Shown here one piece after another: positions 1 through 13,064 of a stretch of 64,000 nt of DNA; position 1 is the first letter of the stretch, and every line of letters begins with the position of its first letter. The position numbers and the translations under genes were made by a program. Below the pieces are notes generated by a model. That model saw only the letters and a list, made by a program, of their open reading frames with translations. It was not told the origin of the DNA and did not search any database. The stretch comes from Squalus acanthias (lineage: Eukaryota), in assembly GCA_030390025.1 (NCBI GenBank), contig CM059425.1, positions 168,146,001 to 168,210,000 on the forward strand, in the 5' to 3' direction.

Positions 1-732
1 ATCACTTTTACTGCAGTACACAAAAGCACGGCTAACAGCAGTGCCTATTATGAAATTATTGAAGGGAGATATGAAAATAGTTTTCTATGGGGCAGGAAAT
101 TTTGATTTTGACACCTAATTTGATGCATTTATTGGCATTTTGCAGCCTAATGTAATTCTGAATCTCATTTTTTAAATGAATTAAACCACATCACTCCTAC
201 TCCTATTTTATTTCCAAGGATTGGCATTTCCACAAATACAGTGTCAGGAATTGTCACAAACAAAGCCAGTTAACGCATGCACCAGGGAATATCGCCTTAT
301 CTCAAAAAAGCAGCTGCAAACCAGAAAATGAACCTTCACACAAGACAACAGTAAGGCATGCTTCAGAACATTCCTTTTAATGAAAATTAAAAGATTTTAG
401 AAGCTGCTTTTTAGCAGCTTATTTGTTACACAGAATTTCTTTGGGAACAAACACAAAGTGAACATGCCCATAACTGGGACTCTCTAAAAGCAATAGCTCA
501 TTTTAAAGTTTTCTGCCTCGAGTTTGAACAAAATAATGGGTAAAAGAAACATCTGATTGTTACCAGTACGGCCGTCAAACCTATCTGCTTCTGACGGGCT
601 CCACTCACACCTTCCAAAATGGGTTGATACTGACAACCTCCTCCAGCTGGCAAGCGAACATGTGAGTTGAAATGCTAATGTCAGGTTAGAAAACTGACAG
701 TTGATATGCATTCTACTGAAGAAAAGTCATAG

Positions 733-830
733 GGTAGGCCATTCAGTGCTTCGAGCCTGTTCCGCCATTCAATTAGATCATGGCTGATCTGTACCTCAAC
801 TCCATTTACCTGACTTTGCTCCATATCCCA
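733..830 (-). mobile_element. CR1 LINE 3'-UTR fragment
   Basis: Reverse complement of the GATCAGCCATGATC...GGCTCGA...AATGGCCTAC tail shared by the other CR1 copies in the window. Confidence 0.8.
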
Positions 831-1390
831 GTCAGATTTGGAGAACAGGGGCTCGATTTTAACAGCCCTGAGGGGGCGGGTTTGGAGGCGGGTCAGCTGC
901 GAAAATCGGAAAAAATGGCTTCAGACACCCAACCCGCCTCCATCCCGCCCCCACCCGATTTTCGTGAGTGTCTGTTCAGCTGCTCCCAAACTGACCCAAC
1001 TCCAACCGGTGGGACAGGTAGTTAAGGCAGTTAAGAGCCTGTTAGCTGCCTTGATAATCCTATCTTGATAGAGGTTTCCCATTTTCGTGCCTCTGGCTCC
1101 TGTTTCCCATCTTGTCAGAAACAGTCCTGCTGCAAGGAGACGAGTTGGTGGAGGACATGATCTGTAGTCATTATTGGTGCAGAACTTTAAAAGCGCTCCT
1201 GTAACATGGCTGGCATTCAAATGCAACAATTTTGTTGTTGCAGGTTTGCCATAAGGTTTTGCAAATCTACTGACCTTGTGACTGGTCAAGCTGACACACA
1301 TCTGCTGTTTGAACTGATTGGAATAATTTCAGGCCACTTTGAGTGTGCGCTTGCAAGCTTCTTGCCTCAACTGAAATCTATAACAACGGG

Positions 1391-1655
1391 ATGGGAACCA
1401 TTTACATCCTCTCATCCTGGTCGTCAGATTCAGAGGAAGAACAGCGCAGTTTAGTGCTGCCGGATGAACAAGTGGCTCAGCACACAGCCTCCTTGGAGGA
1501 AGATGAAGAGGATGAGGAAGAAGACGAGGAGGAGGATGAGGACGAGGACGGGGAGTGACACCTTGTGGGGCCGGATGTGGCCAATCCAGCAGCAGGCGAT
1601 CACATTGATGGCTGTCAGGCAAGGGATGCACTCATCCATGCCAGATTCGCGTAAG
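1391..1655 (+). pseudogene. Harbinger transposase remnant (probable N-terminus fused to acidic C-terminus)
   Basis: E/D-rich tract followed by ...QARDALIHARFA*; comparable to the acidic tail of the transposase piece at 56630-57010; no DDE core. Confidence 0.5.
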
Positions 1656-1844
1656 CTAACACTTCAACCACAGGTGGCTGGCACATGGAGATGAATATAA
1701 GTCCGACATTCTCAAACCCCAGGCATCATCTGTCCAATAAACAGTGGTTTGCGCTCAGTGTCACCACCAACATTCTACATGGAAATCACCCTGAGCCCTC
1801 ACTCTTGAACTTCCATTTCCCAGAACACAGAGGCCACACTTTAG

Positions 1845-2079
1845 GTGATCTCAGCAGATCATTAAACCATTTTCAACACTAAACCCATGCGCGTCTGCAC
1901 ACAGACCTCGAGCTCACCTCCTCAGCAATTTGCAGCCAAGCTGCCTTGGTTTGCTGAGGAGGCCTCCTCCTTCCATTTCCAGGGAAGAGGAGCTCCTGAC
2001 GTCCTCTAACTCCCTCAACAAGAGCATGGAGAGAGCCCTCGTTGAACCTGGGTGCAGCCTTAGTTTTTGGGGCTGCCAT
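1845..2079 (-). pseudogene. Harbinger Myb/SANT-like DNA-binding protein, first-exon remnant
   Basis: MAAPKTKAAPRFNEGSLHALVEGV...AWLQIAEEV...RAWV*C*KWFNDL matches the trihelix Myb/SANT-like pattern; two in-frame stops. Confidence 0.8.
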
Positions 2080-2574
2080 TCCTGCAGCTCCCAGCACCTT
2101 TAAGAGAAAAAAGCATTAATATTACTAAGCAAATGATTGGAACACATCTGGCATCTTTTTCATTTCATAGTCAGATAATAAAGTCATACATCAAAAAATC
2201 ATGAATCTGTTTCTGGAATAATATGACCAGCAATATCATTCATTAAATTTTGCTCAGAACAGACGCTGTCAACTCCCCTTTTCTAGATAATACAGCACCA
2301 TGCCATCCCAATGACATTTGTATGCAAAGGGGACATGGCCCCTTTAAATTTTCAAACAAACAACACGTCATCAGACGCGAGAAACTGACATCCTCCAAGC
2401 AATTTCCTGGAGGGACCCGCCGCACGTCGGCCGTACGAGGCCAATGAAGCCAAAATCGGAAGTGCTGGGAGGCAGCAGTCGGGTGTGGGTCCGAAAGCTG
2501 CCGAGCAGCGGGCCCGGCCTCAACCCGCCTCCGTTAATAAAATCGAGCCCCAAGAGTTGGCTAACAGGTTACTG

Positions 2575-2878
2575 ATGGCATAGTGGTTAGCACTGGTGCC
2601 TCACAGCGCCAGGGACCCGGGTTCGAATCTGACCTCGGGTGACTGTCTGTGTGGAGTTTGCACATTCTCCCCGTGTCTGCGTGGGTTTCCTCCGGGTGCT
2701 CCGGTTTCCTCCCACAGTCCAAAAATGTGCGGGTTAGGTTGATTTGGCTATGATAAATTGACCCTTAGTGTTAGGGGGATTAAATATGTGGGGTTATGGG
2801 GATAGGATGGGATATGTTAGGGGGAATTAAATACGTGGGGTTACGGGGGTAGGGTGGGATATGTGTACTGTGGGGATT
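2575..2878 (+). mobile_element. HE1-like V-SINE (tRNA-derived)
   Basis: A-box-like TAGTGGTTAG, B-box GGTTCGAATC, V-domain GTGTGGAGTTTGCACATTCTCCCCGTGTCTGCGTGGGTTTCC; ~45-bp tandem duplication in the 3' part. Confidence 0.9.
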
Positions 2879-2990
2879 AAAGCAGGGACAGGGTACTGGA
2901 TTTGGATGATCAGCCATGATCGTATTGAATGGTGGAGCAGGCTCGACGGGCCGAATGGCCTACTCCTGCTCCTAGATTCTATGTTTCTAT
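2879..2990 (+). mobile_element. CR1 3' tail fragment
   Basis: GATCAGCCATGATCGTATTGAATGG...TTCTATGTTTCTAT. Confidence 0.8.
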
Positions 2991-3766
2991 AAAACTCTTT
3001 CCTTCAGGAAAACTGAGGTGCTACTCCGGCTTCCCTAATTAAACAGCAAGATAAGTCAAGTCTGGAGATGACAGCAACTGAAGTAACATCTTGTTCATTT
3101 ACTTTTAATTTAAAATAAAACTCACATTTAACAAAGAACAAAAATCTGTAATGCATTTCATGTGAAAACTGTGACCACTTTGGAATAATCAAACTAATTT
3201 TACATAAAAGTCATTTATTTGATCCTTTAATTTGCTGGTGCACCTGATCATGTTTTTCTCATGGGAGCAATGACTGATTTATGGTGGTGCCATGCTCAAT
3301 GAATCACTACCTTGTTTAACGGTTTCACAAACTGTGGCAAGGAAATTTAGAAAAGGTTGTAGGTTTTGTTTTGAAAACAAACTTAAATTTGCCCTGTGGA
3401 CCAAAATTCTGCTCTATATACTCCTTGCCACACATCTTTATGATGTCATTTTAATATTTAAATTAACTTGCAGCCTAAAGCTACCACTGTAGTGCCAGGA
3501 AATAATGGCTGTATGTCAGATGGTCATTCGCACAACAATCCCACTTTCAAAATCCTTTCATTTTATTTTTTAAATTTGTCTGATATGTTGAAGGGCTCTT
3601 GTCTTTTAGGAGGTAGAAGCCATTCATTGTAGATATGTCACTAAAAGAGCTTTGGTGCCTGCACAGCATAGTGCGTAGACTAGCACTAACAGGTTCTTTA
3701 CAGCTCATCATCTATAAACAACTGTGTATTACTGTTTCTGGCACTAGAATCACCAATATGCATACT

Positions 3767-5706
3767 GGCCCGGAATTTGCGGTGGGTAATAACAGCGAAC
3801 TAACAGCGCTTGCTGTTTTTACCACTTTGAAACTGACCGCAATTTCAGGATGTAGCGCATGTGCATCCTTAAGCAGAAATTCAGAAGTTGCGGTCAGTAA
3901 TTCACTGCTCCGACATTGGCTGCTCTGGACCCCCACCCCCCCCCACTGCCCCCACGACCCCCACCCGCCCCCCTCCCCCCCCCCCTCCGCCCCCCGCCGC
4001 CCCCATAGCCGGCAATCAGTGTAATCAGGGAAATCAGTGAAACTGACAAAAACTTGGGCTTTTCTGCGGTAATACCACTGTTACATACCCCATTAAAAGT
4101 TAGGCCTTGTTGGATTAGGTGTAACTGGGGGGTTTAACAGTGTATTGACTGCTAAACAACTGATATGGCCCTGAAAAATTAATTTTAATTTTTTGGAGTG
4201 CCAAATTTCTCCATTATGATAAAAATTACAATTTTTAAGAAACTTTAACAAATATTATATTTTTTAAACGGTTGTTCATCTTTATTTCAGGTTTACCTTT
4301 TCCCCAAGTGAGAGCCCCAATCTTTGTTTTGCTCTCTCTAACATTGTTAAAAAGTCCGAATAAAAGCAACTTCTTCACTTCCTGGTTCCCTGTCTGTGAG
4401 AATTCTGCATTGTGATTGGCTGCTTAGACAGCTTGTTGACGTCACAGCAGCATCGCATTAGGGATTCCCACTATACTGCACTGATCTCACTTACACGTCG
4501 AAAAAGGCAAACTTCTTGCCACAGAGATCGCAAGATCTTTGTGGGCAGCTTTCTTCTGGGCCAGCGGTGTACGCCTTTGCATCGCTACTAGCATTGATTA
4601 AGGATTGGTTAATGGACAGAAAACAGAGAGTATGAATAAACGGGTCATTTTCGGGTTGGCAGGCTGTAACTAGTGGGGTACCGCAAGGATCGGTGCTTGG
4701 GCCTCAGCTATTCACAATCTACATCAATGATTTGGATGAGGGGACCAAATGTAATATGTCCAAGTTTGCTGATGATACAAATGTAAGTTGTGAGGAGGAT
4801 GCAAAGAGGCTTCAAGGGGATATAGACAGGCTAAGTGAATGGGCAAGAACATGGCAAATGGGATATAATGTGCAGAAATGCGAAGTTATCCACTTTGGTA
4901 GGAAAAATAGAAAAGCAAAGTATTTTTTAAATAGTGAGAGATTGGGAAATGTTGGTGTTCAGAGGACCTGGGTGTTCTTGTACACGAAGCACTGAAAGTT
5001 AACATGCAGGTACAGCAAGCAATTAGCAAAGCAAATGGTATGTTGGCCTTTATTATAAGAGGATTTGTGTATAAGAGTAAAGACATCTTACTGCAATTAT
5101 ATAGAGCCCTGATGAGACCACACCTGGAGTATTGTGTACAGTTTTGGTCTCCTTACCTAAGGAAGGATATACTTGCCATCGAGGGAGTGCAACAAAGGTT
5201 CACCAGACTGATTCCTGGGATAAGAGGATTGTCCTATGAGGAGAGATTGAGTAGACTAGGCCTATATTCTCTAGAGTTTAGAAGAATGAGAGGTGATCTC
5301 ATTGAAACATACAAAATTCTTACAGGGCTTGACAGGGTAGTTGCAGGGAGGATGTTTCCCCTGGCTGGGGAGTCTAGAACCAGGGGTCACAGTCTCAGAA
5401 TAAGGGTTCGGCCATTTAGGACTGAGATGAGGAGAAATTTCTTCACTCAGAGGGTGGTGAATCTTTGGAATTCTCTACCACAGAGGGCTGTGGAGCTCAG
5501 TCGTTGAGTATATTCAAGACAGAGAGCGATAGATTTTTGAATATTAAGGGAATCAAGGGATATGGGGATAGTGCAGGAAAGTGGAGATGAGGTAGAAGAT
5601 CAGCCATATTGAATGGCGGAGCAAGCTCGAAGGGTCAATTGGCCCACTCCTGCTCCTATTTCTTATGCTCTTATGTTCTTATGTTACTGACCACAAATTC
5701 CAGGCC
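3767..5706. mobile_element. Harbinger-type MITE split by a CR1 insertion
   Basis: Imperfect TIR GGCCCGGAATTTGCGGT / ACCACAAATTCCAGGCC; flanks ACT/AAT. Confidence 0.75.
4590..5684 (+). mobile_element. 5'-truncated CR1 (RT C-terminal half plus 3' UTR), frameshifted
   Basis: GVPQGSVLGP, FADD and RPHLEYCVQFWSP motifs; (TTCTTATG)n tail; TACT on both sides (4586-4589, 5685-5688). Confidence 0.95.
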
Positions 5707-5833
5707 AATATTTTATTTTTTCCATCTCCTCTCTTATCTCCACGAGCCGCTGAATGTAATTTCCTACTATGTGCACTAAAATCATCTACTGAGAACTATG
5801 TGAAACCAGCCCCTGTAACTGCACAACAAATTA

Positions 5834-7250
5834 TAGGAACCTCGAACAGGAGAAGGCCATTCAGCCTCTCGAGCCTGTTCCACCATTCAATTAGGTCATG
5901 GCTGGTCTGTATCTTAACTCCATTTACCGGCCTTGGTTCCATAACCCTTACTACCCTTGTCAAGCAAAAATCTATCAATCTCAGTTTTGACATTTTCAAT
6001 TGACCTAGTTTCAACAGCTTTTGGGGAAGTGAGTTCCAGATTTCCACTACCCTTAGTGTGAACAAATGCTTCCTGACATCACCCCTGAAAGGGCTAGCTC
6101 TAAGTTTAAGGTTATGCCCCGTTGTTCTGGACTTCCCCACCAGAAAAAATAGTTTCTCTCTATCTACTATCAACTCCTTTAATCATCTTAAACACCTCAA
6201 TTACATCACCTCTCAATCTTCTATACTCAAGAGAATATAAGCCTAGTCTATGCAACCTGTCCTCATAATTTAACCTTTTTAGCCCCAGGTATCATTCTGG
6301 TAAATCTGCACTGCACCCTCTCCAAGGCCAATATATCCTTCCTGAGGTGCAGTGCCCAGAACTGAATGTAGTTCTCTCAATGGGGCCTAACCAGAGCTTT
6401 ATATAACTGTAACATAACTTCCACCCTTTTATATTCCAGCCCCTTGAGATAAAGGCCAACATTCCATTAGCCTTTTTAGTTATTTTTTGCACCTGTGCCC
6501 TAGCTTTTAGTGATTTCTGTACTTGGACCCCTAAATATCTTCTCCTCCACAGTTCCTAGCTTCTCACCATTTAGAAAATACAATGATCTATCTTTCTTAA
6601 GTCCAAAGTGGATGACCTCGCACTTCCCCACATTGAACTTCATCTGCCACAGTTTTGCCCACTCACTTAATCTGTCAATGTCCCTTTGCAACTTTCTGCT
6701 CCCATATACACTATTTACTGTGCCACCTAACTTGATGTCATCAGGAAACCTGGAGATTCAGCTCTCTATTGCTTCATCCAAGTCATTTATAAATATAGTG
6801 AAAAGCTGAGGCCCCAGTACGGATTCCTGGGGAACACCACTAGTCACATCCTGCCAACTGGAGTACATACCCATTATCCCTACTCTCTATCACCTACCTC
6901 CTAACCAATTCCCTACGCATGTCAATAGGTTGCCTCCAATTCCATGTGCTCTCATTTTTATTAACAGTCTCTTATGTGGAACCTTATTGAATGCCTCTGG
7001 AAGTCCAGAAATAGACACTCCCTTATCTACCAAATTAGTTACCTCTTCAAAAAATTCAGCTCAGTTCATTGCACATGACTTACCCTTTACAAATCCATGC
7101 TGGCTCTCTCTGATCAGTTCATATTTGTCCAAATGCTCAGTCACTCTGTTCCTAATAATAAATTCTTGTAACTTCTCTACATCAGATGTTAGACTAATAG
7201 GCCTATAATTCCCTAGTTTCTCTCTCCTATCCTTCTTAAATAATGGAGTG
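5834..7250 (-). mobile_element. Degraded CR1, 5'-truncated
   Basis: QRDIDRLSEWAKLWQMKFNVGKC and KKANGMLAFI ORF pieces; tail at the left end. Confidence 0.93.
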
Positions 7251-7569
7251 AATATTCAATTATGCAATGATATAAAAATGCTGTATTTCAAAGCAAGTCA
7301 TCTGAGAAACAGAGAAAAGAATTGTTAATCTACGCATTGCTATACTAACTGCTTCTCATTCGGCATGCTTTCAAAGATGCATTTTTAAAGGAAAGGTTAC
7401 TATGTTTAAAAAGTTACCATTTATGTTTTAAAATACATTCTGAGAGATGTTTAATTTAGCTCGGTAGTCTAACATGTTTAGCAGCAATATTCTTGAGTAC
7501 CTCTGTTTCTTAGATTATTGCTTTTCAAGTACTTCTATATCACTTAAATTATACTTAAATAGAGTCATT

Positions 7570-8403
7570 GGGCTGGATTGTGCCAGTGCTCAGAGGGCGG
7601 GTTTGGAGGCGGGTCAAAGGTTAAAATCATTTTGATTGACGGCGGGTTGCGATCCCACCGTCAACCTGCCTCCAAACAATTTTCCCAAGTGTCGGGTCCC
7701 CGATTTGCGAATGGACCTAACACCTAGCGGCGGGAAGAGGATTAAAGGCAATTACCTGCCTATTAACAGGTAGTTGCCAGCCTATTTTTGAATTTTGCCG
7801 CTTCTGGCTCGGGTTTCCCGATGTCCGGACACCACGCCAGGTAAGTGTGGCGTGTTGTGAGTCTGCTGTAATGTTTCTGGATTGATGACAGCTGCAGAAG
7901 TGGTGTGAATGATCCAATGTTGCACATGGTGAGTCTCAGAGGAAAATTAATGTTGGGAACTGCATTTTTAATACATTTACACTTTTCTTCAGGTTACAAG
8001 TTTTTAAATCCATGTCCAGTGCCACCTCATTGGAAGAACCTCACCTCACCTGCAGCTGCCATCTATTCCAGCCTATGGAGGGAGTTATTGGAGAGCCTGG
8101 GTGCAAGAGGTCACCTTTGTGCAGTGATTGTCAGTGTTTTCAGCACCTCAATGCTCTCAAACACTGAGAAATCAACTGTCAAAATAAAATTGTGCGTGGT
8201 CCCTTTAAGGAAACCGGCAGATGACGCGTCATCAAATGACGTCATCTGACCCGCTTCCTCTTAGTTGGCCGGCAAGCCCGCAGGGAGGGCTTAACAAAGT
8301 CACTCGAGGCAAAATCACGTCTATGGGCCGGATGCAGCTGGTGGCGGGACTGGAAGCCGAAAACCACCTGACCCAACCCGCCTCCATTGAAAAAATCGTG
8401 GCC
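7570..8403. mobile_element. Harbinger-type MITE
   Basis: Left end GGGCTGGATT..GGGCGGGTTTGGAGGCGGG resembles the 849 element; right end AAAATCGTGGCC. Confidence 0.7.
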
Positions 8404-8494
8404 ATAATGTTTGCAAAAAACTGCAAGCTCAAGCCAAAAATTGTTTTCAATCTGACTGTTAGAATCCAACAAAAGAGAGTGAACAAAATGCATT

Positions 8495-8672
8495 AAACTG
8501 AAATAGCTGAAAATCTGAAACAGAAAACATTGGAAACACTCAGCAAGTCAGTCAGCATCCATGAAGGGAACTGACAAGTTAGGGAGCCACATCCGAAACA
8601 TTAACTCACCTGCACTCTCCACAGATGCTGGCTAACCTGCTAAATGTTTCCAGCATTTTCTGTTTATTTTTA
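8495..8672. mobile_element. Inverted pair of Penelope-like 3'-end fragments (palindrome)
   Basis: Both arms resemble 19575-19680 in opposite orientations; relic CGAAACATTAACT. Confidence 0.65.
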
Positions 8673-10351
8673 ACAATAGGGAGTGTTTATTTTTAACAGA
8701 ATAGTTTGTTTAATAATTAAAAGTAATAGTAATAATTTGCTCACAGACAAGATTGTCTGCCAAGTATTTCAAACCATGTGCTGTTGTAGAAAACGGCACT
8801 TGTAATAGATTTTTTTAAACCATGAGGACATACTCCTTCCTTCCCACAGAGCATCACTACCAGTGCAAAATCAATCTTACCTATGCTAAGGAATGGAGTT
8901 TTCAAGTTAAAAATGGTAGTAGTTCGTACACTTATACCTTAGTGCACAGGCCAGCATTCCGTACTATTACAGAGCGGTGTCCCCTACACCTTCCCTTTAT
9001 CTATTTCATCGATACTACTATGGAAAGTACCCCTCTGAAATTTCCTCCCAAGCTGTAAATATGTTATCCTACATGATCAGCCCTCTCCCTGTATTCTCGC
9101 TGTGTTGAAATCAAGATGCACGGCACAGCCTTCTTCTCTAACTTCCTGGAGTTAATAACTGTGAAACTCCTTCGTCTTCCTTTCTTCCTACAAGCTTTAC
9201 AATTGTAAAACCCAAGCTTGAGTTCATCCAATTAGTACTTTGTGATTCACCTCACCTTCTCTACTCTCTTCAATCCTGATGAGTCCTGCACTATGGACCT
9301 TAATTAGCCCTTATGCTAGGGTTCTCATTTTAAAAAATGAACCAGTGCTATTATGACTGCCACACCAACGTCTTAAAATTCAGAGGATCCAACCAATGTG
9401 AAATCTAAAATCTGAATTTATTCAAAAGCTTTAGGCTTAGAAATCAGTGTGTGTGGTCTATGGCTGAGACATAACTTCATGATAAAACAGATTATTATTA
9501 GTATCATTGCCTTATAAACTAAGTTTAGTAAAAGTTATGACACAAATAGAAATCACAAACCGTCCGTCCATGTTGTCACCCAGAATGTACTGCAAAATAA
9601 AGGAATGATATCTTTCTTAGTAAAAGAAATGCAAAGCCGAGGTTGGATTTCTCATTGATACAGCAGCAATTGATTCAATCTTCTTGAATAAATGGTTTTT
9701 TTTGTGTACGTGTTTGAAGTTCACATGTTTTAAATGAGACAGTGGCGATGGATTGGAGGATTTTCAGACAGGTTCAGTTGGCCAAAAACTGTCTGTTCCT
9801 AAAGCTCTGTTGTGACAGGACCATGATGTTTACTATATCTGTTGTAATATAAGTAGACTATTGCAAAATAGATATTTCTCAGCAAACCAAGAATCACAGA
9901 TATTAAACAATCTGCTTTACAATTCCTGTCATGCTTGAAGCATGTTTAGAATGTACTGCACAAAAGTAATACAAATAATGCCATTCAGAGAGAAAGCAAT
10001 AAAGCAAGTCTTACATACAACTATTAAATAAGGAGACTGTTCTGTCAGGTTGGCAGGTGGGTTCTTATAGTTGGGAACAAAAATCCCCAAATTTAAGAAA
10101 ATCTTAATCTACCTTGCACCTTTCCTTCTTCACCAAACACCTCTGCAACAGGTGTTACTAAAGAGATCCTGCTTATATAACATGTCTAAATTCAGGACTT
10201 AGATAGAAGAACCTCTTTACTAAATTGATGGCCAGGTTAACCTTTACTCTGCCGTTCTTGTTCTGGGCTCTCTTTCAGATACACATTAAAAAAAAGGTTC
10301 AACCATCCACCCCACTCAAAATAACAAGAAATGCAAAATTTCAAATGCAAT

Positions 10352-11410
10352 GGGCTGGATTTTGTCTTGGGGTCGGGGTCGTGTCATCCGCATTTCGTGT
10401 TATCCACCCGCCTGAAATTGGATCACAGAATCACAGAATCCCCACAGTGCAGATAGAGGCCATTTTCGGCCCATCGAGCCTGCACCGACACATATCCCAC
10501 CCTATCCCCGTAACCCCACATATTTAATCCCCCCCCTAACACTAAGGGTCAATTTATCATAGCCAAATCAACCTAACCCGCACATCTTTGACTGTGGGAG
10601 GAAACCGTAGCACCCGGAAGAAACCCACGCAAACACGGGGAGAATGTGCAAACTCCACACAGACAGTCATCCGAGGCCGGATTCGAACCCGGGTCCCTGG
10701 TGCTGTGAGGCAACAGTGCTAACCACTATGCCACCGTGCTGCCCTGTGGGAGATTGATGCAATTTTCACTTAATTGGGCAATTGAGTTCCAGCATGTGGG
10801 AACCCATGAACCAATTAGTGGTTTCAGTCTGAAAGTCGCCTCTGATGATGTCATCATTGTAGGTCAGAGACTGCCTGGTCTGGTCCCAGAGATTGCCTGG
10901 CCTTTGCTGTGAGAGGACCTGGATGCAAAATGCAGCATCTCAGCAGAGAGAGAGAGAGAGAGAGAGAAAATTATTTTTTCCATCCAGGTCCTCCAAAGGC
11001 CCCGGCAGTCTCTGAAGACATTTAATGCAGCAGCATCAGAGGCGACTTTCAGACCTAATACTACTACTACCTTCATCACATCTCCGTTGTAATAGTGGAC
11101 CTGCAGCTGATAGTCAGCTATCCACTTGTGCTCCCGCCAGGTTTCACTGGCGTGCTTCACGTCAGAAAAGGGTTAAACTAGCTAAAATGTTTCAAAATGG
11201 CATTACAGAGCCAATTTAGGGCTTGTTAAGGGCTTTAATGGCCTCTCCCGCCTCTTGGAGGCGGGACGGAGTCGGGAACACCGCACACGATTTTATCAAA
11301 ATTGAGTGGAGGCGGGTTGGAGGCGGGATGGGTCGGGACTCCCGAATCTGCAACTTTAACCCCCCACACGCCTCCAAACCCGACTCTATGGGTCATTGAA
11401 AATCCAGCCC
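10352..11410. mobile_element. Harbinger-type MITE, hairpin family copy 1, with a nested SINE
   Basis: 12-bp TIR GGGCTGGATTTT/AAAATCCAGCCC; perfect TSD AAT; homologous to 43384-44370. Confidence 0.92.
10423..10744 (-). mobile_element. Full-length HE1-like V-SINE
   Basis: Minus strand begins GGGCAGCACGGTGGCATAGTGGTTAGCAC; B-box GGTTCGAATCC; V-domain; (ATTCTGTG)n tail. Confidence 0.92.
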
Positions 11411-11949
11411 AATGTCTCACTTGTCACATTTGCATCAATTAACAATATCACTCAGAAAGGCTGCAAGAATGTCTGCCAATTCAAAGTAAGACAGTAGCAG
11501 TGATATTCTGAGGTTGAGTGGAGACATGTTGTTGGGGCAGAGAAGTGCTCACATTATGACTATTGGGAGTGTTTGATGCTGGCATTCAGTGTGAAATATA
11601 GAAAAAATGCACAATTCCCAAGTATTGGCATCCTTCATCCTAAAGAGCACAAAATACATCCCAAAAAAGTTCCGAAGTACCTCAACATTCTAACCCATTT
11701 CAGAGCTTTCTATTAATCCAACTCTGACCACAGGTAAAATGTCCAATTAGATAAAGTTCTGTGAAATGTCATACTGACCTTCTGCAAAACCCTAGCTTAT
11801 CAGTCTGACATTACAACCTAAGTTATTCAACTGGCATGTTACATTCCACAACCTACTTTCCCATGATTCAAACACAAAGGAAGCACAATTTTCTAGTATA
11901 TTTGATCATATGTGTCAATACTTATCCTCGTAACCTTTAGTCCTGCTCT

Positions 11950-12790
11950 TGTGTGTCAGCTTGGCTTGGTGGTTGCACCTTGACCTCTTTGTCAGAAAGC
12001 CATAGGTTCAAGCCACACTCCAGAACTTGAGTACACAATCTATGCTAACACTTCAGTGCAGTACTGAGGGCGTGCTGATATTGCCAGAGGTGCCATCTTT
12101 TGGATGAGATGTTAAACCAAGGCCTCATCTGCCTGTTCAGATGGACATAGATGGTCCCATGGCATTATTCAAAGAACAACAGGAGAGTTCTCCCGATGGT
12201 TGAGCAGGTTGGGCCTAAACTCATTGGAATTTAGAAGAATGAGAGGTGATCTTATTGAAACATATAAGATACTGAGGGGGCTCGACAAGGTAGATGCAGA
12301 GAGAATGTTTCCCCTCGTGGGGAAATCTAGAATGAGGGGGCACAGTTTTAGAATAAAGGGTCGCCCTTTTAGAACTGAGATGAGGAGGAATTTCTTCTCT
12401 CAGAGGGTCGTAAATCTGTGGAATTCTCTGCTCCAGAGAGCCGTGGAGGCTGGGTCATTAAATACATTTAAGGTGGAGATAGACAACAGATTTTTGCAAG
12501 ATAAGGCAGTGAAGGGTTATGGGGAGCGGGTGGGGAAGTGGCTTTGAGCCCAAAATCAGCCATGATCTTATTGAATGGCGGAGCAGGCTCGAGGGGCAAG
12601 GCAAACAAACACCATCAAAATAGGTAACTAGTCATTATCTCATTTGTTGTTTATGGGACTTTAGTGTGCACAAAATGGTTGCCACATTTGCCTACATAAG
12701 AGCATTTCAAAATGAGTTTCATTCGCTGTGAACTACTTTGGGATTATGAGGATGTAAAAGGCACTACATCAAGCAAATTATTTTTATTTA
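11950..12790 (+). mobile_element. SacSINE1/DeuSINE-like SINE interrupted by CR1
   Basis: tRNA-like head (GGTTCAAGCC); Deu-domain-like GGATGAGATGTTAAACC..CCCATGGCATTATT; the SINE resumes at about 12600. Confidence 0.75.
12198..12598 (+). mobile_element. CR1 3' fragment
   Basis: LEFRRMRGDLIETYKIL...RNFFSQRVVNLWNSL. Confidence 0.93.
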
Positions 12791-13064
12791 TACCAATATT
12801 TAAAGTATTTTATTGACAAAGCATTAACTGGAGCCTATTCATAAATCTACTACACTATGGAAAAATAAATTAATCCCTAATCTTGTTGAATCTTGTTAAT
12901 TTTTGTACTCATGGCCTCTGGTGTTGCGTTCAGGACTTGGTTAAATGGCCTGTTTTCATCTACATTATCCATACTTCGAAGCATTTTTTTAAACTGTGTT
13001 TTTCTTCTGAGGAGTGAAACACTTTCCATTTCAGGCACCACGTTTCAGCATTACCCACTCAAGT

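Larger units (their letters stand above)
849..2550. mobile_element. Internally deleted PIF/Harbinger DNA transposon
   Basis: 13-bp perfect TIR GGGCTCGATTTTA/TAAAATCGAGCCC; flanks CAG/CAA; contains a Myb/SANT remnant (-) and an acidic transposase-like C-terminus (+). Confidence 0.85.

Noticed and set aside
219..350. Plus-strand exon candidate (TTCCAAG|GATTGG...ACA|GTAAGG, 44 open codons)
   Set aside because: Weak splice sites, no recognisable peptide and no partner exons.
2575..2650. tRNA gene
   Set aside because: The tRNA-like head continues into a V-SINE body; the same holds for 10670-10744.
3928..4004. C-rich tract (G-quadruplex potential on the minus strand)
   Set aside because: Low-complexity expansion inside a MITE; no evidence of function.
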